Of a stretch of DNA of 30,688 nt, positions 25,280-30,688 are shown piece after piece. The first letter of the stretch is position 1, and each line of letters begins with the position of its first letter. The position numbers and the translations under genes were made by a program. This stretch comes from a virus (lineage: Duplodnaviria > Caudoviricetes). The stretch is from positions 1 through 30,688 of the IMG/VR virus record IMGVR_UViG_3300034108_000367. One strand, written 5' to 3'. Below the pieces are notes generated by a model. That model saw only the letters and a program-made list of their open reading frames with translations. It was not told the DNA's origin and did not search any database.

Positions 25280-26855
25280 ACTTCTCAATGAGAAGGAATG
25301 GCGTAAGTGCAAGGGTGGCGAAGACGCTTCTATAGATGATCTAGTTGAAGCGTTTCAATATTTTTGTGATAATTACTGGCACATTAAACATCCTGAGCGT
25401 GGTCGTATCAAGTTTGATATGCGTGAAGCACAAATAGAAACTATTCGTGCTTGGCTTTCTAACAGATACAGTGTGGTTCTTAAGGCACGTCAGATTGGGT
25501 TTTCTACTCTTGGTGCAGCCTACGCTTTTTGGTTGACGTTCTTTTGGTCTGACAGGTTTGTGGTTATGTTGTCTCGTACTGAACGAGAGGCTGCCAAGTT
25601 GTTGCAGAAGTCTAAGTATGGTTTTAAATTCATCCCTCTATGGATGAAGGAACGTGGTCCTGATATCACGTCTGACAACCAGTTGAAGATGACGTTCTCT
25701 AACGAGTCATCTATTGAATCATTGCCTTCAGGTAATGATCCTGCTCGTGGCGAGTCTGTGTATCTTGTTATTGTTGACGAGATGGCGTTCTTGCCTAACT
25801 CCGAGGAGGCGTGGGCTTCAATTGAGCCAATTGCTGACGTTGGTGGTCGTGTTATCTGTCTGTCTACGGCTAATGGTTCGGGTAACTTCTTTCATCAGAT
25901 GTGGGTGGGGTCACAAAACAAAACAAACTTGTTTAAAGGTATTTTTTGGCCTTGGTCTGCTGGTGACCGTGACGAACAATGGTACGAGTCTAAATCCAAG
26001 ACTATGCCTTCTTGGCAGTTGCACCAAGAATACCCTCGCAGCCCTGAAGAAGCGTTCATTAAGTCGGGTAACCCTGTTTTTGATATTGACAATCTTATGA
26101 AATATGAGATTGAAGAACCACAACGTGGATATCTGCACGTTATTGCTCGTAAGCAGGTTGAGTACCGTGAAACCCCTGATGGTGAGTTGGCTATTTGGGA
26201 GATGCCTGAACCTGATGGTATTTATGTCATTGGGGCTGACATTGCTGAAGGTTTAGGTCATGGCGACTATTCGTCGGCGCATATTATTAATGCTCGTACA
26301 GATGCGCTTGTAGCGCATTGGCATGGACATATTGAACCTGACCTTTTTGGTGATGCTCTCTGTGAAATGGGATGGCTTTACAATGGGGCTTTAGTTGCCG
26401 TAGAAAACAACAACCACGGTTTAACCACGGTTAAGGCTATGCAACGATACGGGTACAAGAACATGTATCGCCAGCGTCGTTTGCAGCAGCGCAATCCTGA
26501 ACCTTCGGAGGTTATTGGTTGGCGTACTACAACTGCGTCAAAGCCTTTGGCTATTGACGAGTTGGCTGGGGCTATCCGAGACAATGTTATTCATATTCCT
26601 TGTGAGCGAACTATTGCTGAGTTAAAGACATATGTTCGTAATGCGAATGGTCGGATGAATGGTTCACCTCACGACGACAGGGTAATGTCTTTGGCTATCA
26701 CATATCAAATGTTAAAGTATGTTTGGCTTCCTGAGTACAGACCTGAAATAGCGTCACCTAAATATAGTTTGCATTGGTTTGAACGTTTTATCCAATACGG
26801 TGATGAAGGGTTAAAAACTGTACCATTGGGTGCATATAACGCACGAAAGAAGTAG
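25266..26855 (+). CDS. terL: Terminase large subunit
   Basis: Walker A LKARQIGFST, Walker B LVIVDE, motif III LSTANG, nuclease IGADIAEG and HDDRVMS. Confidence 0.97.
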   Translation: MDLSELLNEKEWRKCKGGEDASIDDLVEAFQYFCDNYWHIKHPERGRIKFDMREAQIETIRAWLSNRYSVVLKARQIGFSTLGAAYAFWLTFFWSDRFVVMLSRTEREAAKLLQKSKYGFKFIPLWMKERGPDITSDNQLKMTFSNESSIESLPSGNDPARGESVYLVIVDEMAFLPNSEEAWASIEPIADVGGRVICLSTANGSGNFFHQMWVGSQNKTNLFKGIFWPWSAGDRDEQWYESKSKTMPSWQLHQEYPRSPEEAFIKSGNPVFDIDNLMKYEIEEPQRGYLHVIARKQVEYRETPDGELAIWEMPEPDGIYVIGADIAEGLGHGDYSSAHIINARTDALVAHWHGHIEPDLFGDALCEMGWLYNGALVAVENNNHGLTTVKAMQRYGYKNMYRQRRLQQRNPEPSEVIGWRTTTASKPLAIDELAGAIRDNVIHIPCERTIAELKTYVRNANGRMNGSPHDDRVMSLAITYQMLKYVWLPEYRPEIASPKYSLHWFERFIQYGDEGLKTVPLGAYNARKK

Positions 26856-26878
26856 GTAACGATCCCCTTATACTGTGA
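26856..26878 (+). promoter_or_regulatory. GTAACGA box, putative late promoter element
   Basis: GTAACGA at 26856-26862; ATG at 26878 (+22); no Shine-Dalgarno. Confidence 0.6.
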
Positions 26879-27105
26879 TGGGATCTATTAACTGCGTAGA
26901 ATGTGACAAACTGTTTTCTTTTGACGTACTTCCACGTAGAGGTGCTGTCTGTTTCGGTTGCCACGTAAAAGGTATTCGTTTAGGTTTTGCTCATGGTAAA
27001 GAAGACTTCCACGGTCCAACCATTAAACAGCGTCAAGATGAACAAATGAGGCATGCTGCCAATGCTGGCATTAAAGCCGAACCTGTTGGGACTCGTTGGA
27101 TCTAA
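26878..27105 (+). CDS. Small Zn-binding hypothetical protein, 75 aa
   Basis: CVEC...CFGC. Confidence 0.7.
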   Translation: MGSINCVECDKLFSFDVLPRRGAVCFGCHVKGIRLGFAHGKEDFHGPTIKQRQDEQMRHAANAGIKAEPVGTRWI

Positions 27106-27300
27106 ATGTATTGGATTACCCCTATTGTCGTCGCACTTATTGGTGGTCCTTTGATGTTGGCTTTAAAAAGGTATGACACTCGCAATACGAGGGAACATGG
27201 CGAGAACTATAAAGTTCTTCGCCGTATTGAAGACAAGGTTGACCATATAGATGATCGCTTGGACGATCATATTGATTACCATTTGAAAGAGGGATTATGA
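27106..27300 (+). CDS. Small membrane protein (N-terminal TM plus coiled coil), possible lysis accessory
   Basis: WITPIVVALIGGPLMLAL followed by RIEDKVDHIDDRLDDHIDYH. Confidence 0.65.
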   Translation: MYWITPIVVALIGGPLMLALKRYDTRNTREHGENYKVLRRIEDKVDHIDDRLDDHIDYHLKEGL

Positions 27301-27485
27301 AATATTCAGAATCAGCCAAGAAAGCAGTCGCTACTTTTGTTTTTGCATCAACAGGTATTCTTGTAGGTGGTGCTGTGGGCGGTCTAGAGATTTGGAAGAC
27401 AGCCCTTTGGACTGGTGTTGGCGCACTCATCAACTTCGTTTATCGTGCGTCTGAAGAATATATTAATAGCATTGAAGGTGAGTAA
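27297..27485 (+). CDS. Putative holin (two hydrophobic segments)
   Basis: KAVATFVFASTGILVGGAVG and ALWTGVGALINFVY; 62 aa. Confidence 0.55.
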   Translation: MKYSESAKKAVATFVFASTGILVGGAVGGLEIWKTALWTGVGALINFVYRASEEYINSIEGE

Positions 27486-27488
27486 TTA

Positions 27489-29327
27489 ATGGCTCGTCCT
27501 TCTAACTCCGAGGCACTTACTCGTTATCAAAAGAAGATTGCTATTACCAAACGTTGGCGACGTGAGGAAGAATACGACGATACGTGGCGACGTTTGATTG
27601 ACCTTTATCGTGGTCGCCATTACGAAGACATCTCTGATGAAGATCGTCTTTTGATTAACATCTCATTTTCTACGATTAACGTTATCGCTCCTAGTGTTGC
27701 TGTTAACTATCCCAAGATTGCGGTTAATGCTCGTCGCCCTACTGACGCACCTAAAGCAATCATTACTGAGGCTGTTATTAACTATTGGTGGAAGCACTAC
27801 AAAGTGCGACCTGAGTTCCGTAGGGCTGTAAAAGACTTCCTTATTGTTGGTCATGGCTGGCTTAAGTGTGGCTATCGTTATGTTGAAGAAGAAAGCATCT
27901 CCGAAGAAGGAGATCAATCTGATGCAAACGTTGAAGGCAATGAAGTAACCCCATCTATCGTGATTGTTGAAGATCGTCCTTTTGTTGAGCGTGTATCACC
28001 ATTTGATGTGTACGTTGATCCTGATGCTACTTCAATGCAAGATGCTCTGTGGATTGCGCATCGTATTCGTCGCTCATTGAAAGATATCAAGAGCGATAAA
28101 AGGTACTCACGTGCTGCACGTGAAAACATTAACGCCACCTCGTGGGGTCGTTATAGTGAAGATCCAGCAAAACGCAAAGTTCAAGACACCGAAGAAGGCT
28201 ATGTTGAAGTATGGGAATACTACGACATTGCTAAAAAAACAATGTGTGTTTTTGCTGAAGGTTCAGAACAGTTCTTAGTCAAGCCAATTGATATGCCGTA
28301 CGCTTTCGGTCATCCTTTTGTGATGATCCGAAACTACGACATTCCTGACTATTTCTACCCCATGGGTGACCTTGAGGCTATTGAACCTCTTCAACGTGAG
28401 TTAAATGCAACTCGTACTCAGATGATGAATCACCGTAAACGGTACTCACGTAAGTACTTGTTTAAGGAATCAGCATTTGATGCTGATGGTCGTGACGCAT
28501 TAGAGTCAGACTACGATAACGTTCTAGTTCCTGTATCGGGTGACGAGAACCTTAATAACGTTGTTGTGCCTTTCCCTGCTGTAGTCACTCCTCCTGAGTT
28601 CTATCGTCAGTCAGACATTATTGAAGGTGACATTCAGACTGTTTCAGGTGTATCTGAGTATCAGCGTGGTGGTGTTCCTGAGATTCGTCGTACAGCGACA
28701 GAAGCAGCAATCGTTCAAGATGCTGCGAATGCTCGTGCTGCTGACAAGTTGGCTACTATTGAAGGCGCTATCGCTGAGGTTGCTTTCCGTCTTGTTGCTC
28801 TTGCTCAACAGTTCATGACTGGTGAGCAAGTAGCACGTGTTGTTGGCAAAGATGGTGAACCTACTTGGGTTACTTTTGAACCTGACTATATTGCTGGAGA
28901 GTTTGACTTTGATGTTGAGGCTGGTTCTACAGCCCCAGTTAATGAGTCTTTCCGACGACAGATGGCTTTGCAGATGGTTGACGCTATGTCGCCGTTTGCT
29001 GGTGCTGGGCTTATTAACATGCCTGCGCTTGCAGCGCATGTTCTGCAGTTTGGTTTTGGTATTAAGAACCCCGATCAGTTCATTCAGCAAGCACCTCCTC
29101 CACCCGAAATGGGTGAAGGTATGCCACCTGAAATGGGTATGCCACCTCAAGGTGGTATGCCTATGCCTCCCGATATGGGTGGTATGACTTCGCAGGGTGC
29201 GCCTTCTGCAGGACCAGTTCCTGTTGCCCCTCCACCTTCAAGCCCTGATGCGCTTTCAGGTGTTGACCCTTCGGTTTTGGCGATGCTTTCTTCTCGTATG
29301 GGTGTGCAGTTACCTAATACTATGTAA
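27489..29327 (+). CDS. Portal protein (podovirus type)
   Basis: 612 aa between TerL and scaffold; DFLIVGHGWLKCGY, VERVSPFDVYVDP, RRTATEA, DFDVEAGS; Pro-rich tail. Confidence 0.92.
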   Translation: MARPSNSEALTRYQKKIAITKRWRREEEYDDTWRRLIDLYRGRHYEDISDEDRLLINISFSTINVIAPSVAVNYPKIAVNARRPTDAPKAIITEAVINYWWKHYKVRPEFRRAVKDFLIVGHGWLKCGYRYVEEESISEEGDQSDANVEGNEVTPSIVIVEDRPFVERVSPFDVYVDPDATSMQDALWIAHRIRRSLKDIKSDKRYSRAARENINATSWGRYSEDPAKRKVQDTEEGYVEVWEYYDIAKKTMCVFAEGSEQFLVKPIDMPYAFGHPFVMIRNYDIPDYFYPMGDLEAIEPLQRELNATRTQMMNHRKRYSRKYLFKESAFDADGRDALESDYDNVLVPVSGDENLNNVVVPFPAVVTPPEFYRQSDIIEGDIQTVSGVSEYQRGGVPEIRRTATEAAIVQDAANARAADKLATIEGAIAEVAFRLVALAQQFMTGEQVARVVGKDGEPTWVTFEPDYIAGEFDFDVEAGSTAPVNESFRRQMALQMVDAMSPFAGAGLINMPALAAHVLQFGFGIKNPDQFIQQAPPPPEMGEGMPPEMGMPPQGGMPMPPDMGGMTSQGAPSAGPVPVAPPPSSPDALSGVDPSVLAMLSSRMGVQLPNTM

Positions 29328-29346
29328 CGATATGTTTGTATCTATA
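29324..29346 (+). promoter_or_regulatory. GTAACGA box upstream of the scaffold-capsid genes
   Basis: GTAACGA at 29324-29330; +22 is an A at 29346, leaving a 33-nt leader that contains AAGGAG. Confidence 0.55.
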
Positions 29347-29378
29347 GAGCAACCATTTAGGACTCTAAGGAGATACAG

Positions 29379-30152
29379 GTGACAGACACCTTTGAAGATA
29401 ACCTTGGCGCAGACCCCATTGTTGATGGACAAGTTGAAGATCAGGGATTAGCCGAACTAGATGCACCAATTCTAGACATGGACGAATACAGTGATCACTA
29501 TATTACTGTAAAAGTTGATGGCGAAGAAGTACGAGTGCCTTTATCTGAGGCTGTTGCTGGCTATTCACGTCAAGCGGATTATACTCGCAAGACACAAGAG
29601 TTGGCATCGCAAAAGCAAGAACTCCAATGGGCTTCTGCTATTAGGCAAGCACTTGAAAGTGATCCTGCTTCAACACTTGATTTGTTGTCAAATCACTATG
29701 GCATTAGCCGTAATGATGCACGACAGATGGTTGAAGATGATCCGTTTTTAACGGATTTTGGGATAGATGATCAAGTTGATAAACGTCTCCAAGAGATTGA
29801 TAGACGAGTATCGGCTTTTGAACAGGTGCAGGCACAGCAGCGACTCCAAGACGAGATCGTGCGTTTGCAAACCAAATATGGTGAAGATTTTGATCCTCAA
29901 GAGGTTGTATCTTCTGCGCTTGCGCAGGGCAATACGAATCTTGAAGCAGTTTTTAAGCAGGTTGCTTTTGACCGTGTTAGTGCTAGGCGTTCAGCAGAAA
30001 CTGAACGTACTACTAAGGCAACTGAAGCAAAACGTGCAGCGTCTGTTGTTTCAGGTGCTACATCTGCTAGAACTGCAAAGGATGAGGTCGGACCTGTAAA
30101 AACAATCGCTGACGCTTGGGCTGCTGCAAAACGGCAACACGGTGTCTCTTAA
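29379..30152 (+). CDS. Capsid scaffolding protein
   Basis: Acidic N-terminus and TVKVDGEEVRVPLSEAVAGYSRQADYTRKTQELA signature; lies between portal and capsid. Confidence 0.88.
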   Translation: MTDTFEDNLGADPIVDGQVEDQGLAELDAPILDMDEYSDHYITVKVDGEEVRVPLSEAVAGYSRQADYTRKTQELASQKQELQWASAIRQALESDPASTLDLLSNHYGISRNDARQMVEDDPFLTDFGIDDQVDKRLQEIDRRVSAFEQVQAQQRLQDEIVRLQTKYGEDFDPQEVVSSALAQGNTNLEAVFKQVAFDRVSARRSAETERTTKATEAKRAASVVSGATSARTAKDEVGPVKTIADAWAAAKRQHGVS

Positions 30153-30172
30153 ACCTTAAAGGGGTAATTATT

Positions 30173-30688
30173 ATGGCTATTCATGGAGATGCATTACAAA
30201 CACTGTTGGCAACAACAGTTGCTAACTACCGCAAAACACTTACTGACAACGTTTTCAACGCTCGTCCTTTAACCTATTTCTTGATGGACAAGGGTCGTGT
30301 TCGTATGTTGAATGGTGGAACTAACATCGTTGAACCTCTCATCTATGGTGAGAACTCAACTGTGTCGTCGTACTCAGGTTACGATGCTGTTTCGCTTACT
30401 CCTCAGTCGGGTATCACTGCTGCAGAGTTTGACTGGAAGCAGTACGCTGCTTCCATCGCTATTTCGGGTATTGAAGAAGCGAAGAACAACGGTGAACAAG
30501 CAATGGTTAACCTTCTTGAAGCGAAGATCATGCAGGCTGAAGAGTCAATGAAGGAAGGCTTCAACGCCATGTTCTTCGGTAATGGTACTGGTAACAGTGG
30601 CAAGAACTGGAACGGCTTGGGTAACCTCGTTGAATCAGGTAACAGCGTTGGTGGCATTGATGGTGCTACTGAAACTTGGTGGAACTCA
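30173..30688 (+). CDS. Major capsid protein, 3'-truncated
   Basis: Not in the ORF track. Open to the window end: MAIHGDALQTLLATTVANYRKTLTDNVFN..GGTNIVEPLIYGENS..YSGYD..AEFDWKQYAASIAISGIEE..NLLEAKIMQAEESM..GNGTGNSGKNWNGL. Confidence 0.93.
   Translation, partial: MAIHGDALQTLLATTVANYRKTLTDNVFNARPLTYFLMDKGRVRMLNGGTNIVEPLIYGENSTVSSYSGYDAVSLTPQSGITAAEFDWKQYAASIAISGIEEAKNNGEQAMVNLLEAKIMQAEESMKEGFNAMFFGNGTGNSGKNWNGLGNLVESGNSVGGIDGATETWWNS

Noticed and set aside
29090-29270. Pro/Met/Gly repeats at the portal C-terminus
   Set aside because: Low-complexity tails are ordinary in podovirus-type portals.
30312-30657. Track ORFs 30312-30551 and 30403-30657
   Set aside because: Both overlap the truncated major capsid frame that starts at 30173.
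1-30688. tRNA genes or stop-codon recoding
   Set aside because: No cloverleaf seen by eye; genes are intact in the standard code and use all three stops.

Overview
Most of the genome of a tailed, probably podovirus-like dsDNA phage. Plus strand 1-10624: the C-terminal end of a tail fibre (S74-type chaperone), four putative internal-virion/ejection proteins (one is 2207 aa) and an M15-type peptidase lysin. Minus strand 10625-16676: a replication module (sigma-4-like HTH fused to DUF1599, RusA, AEP primase, DnaB-like helicase, Fe-S PD-(D/E)xK nuclease) with no DNA or RNA polymerase recognised. Minus strand 16686-23554: an early/accessory array of small genes punctuated by 13 co-oriented copies of the palindrome TTTAATTTGAAATTAAA; one unit of this array has no ORF and looks like a structured RNA with two covarying pseudoknots. 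Plus strand 24700-30688: TerS candidate, TerL, holin-like genes, portal, scaffold and the start of the major capsid gene. A second motif, GTAACGA, lies exactly 22 nt before four late starts that lack a ribosome-binding site. All family calls come from motif recognition by eye; no searches were run and the host is unknown.
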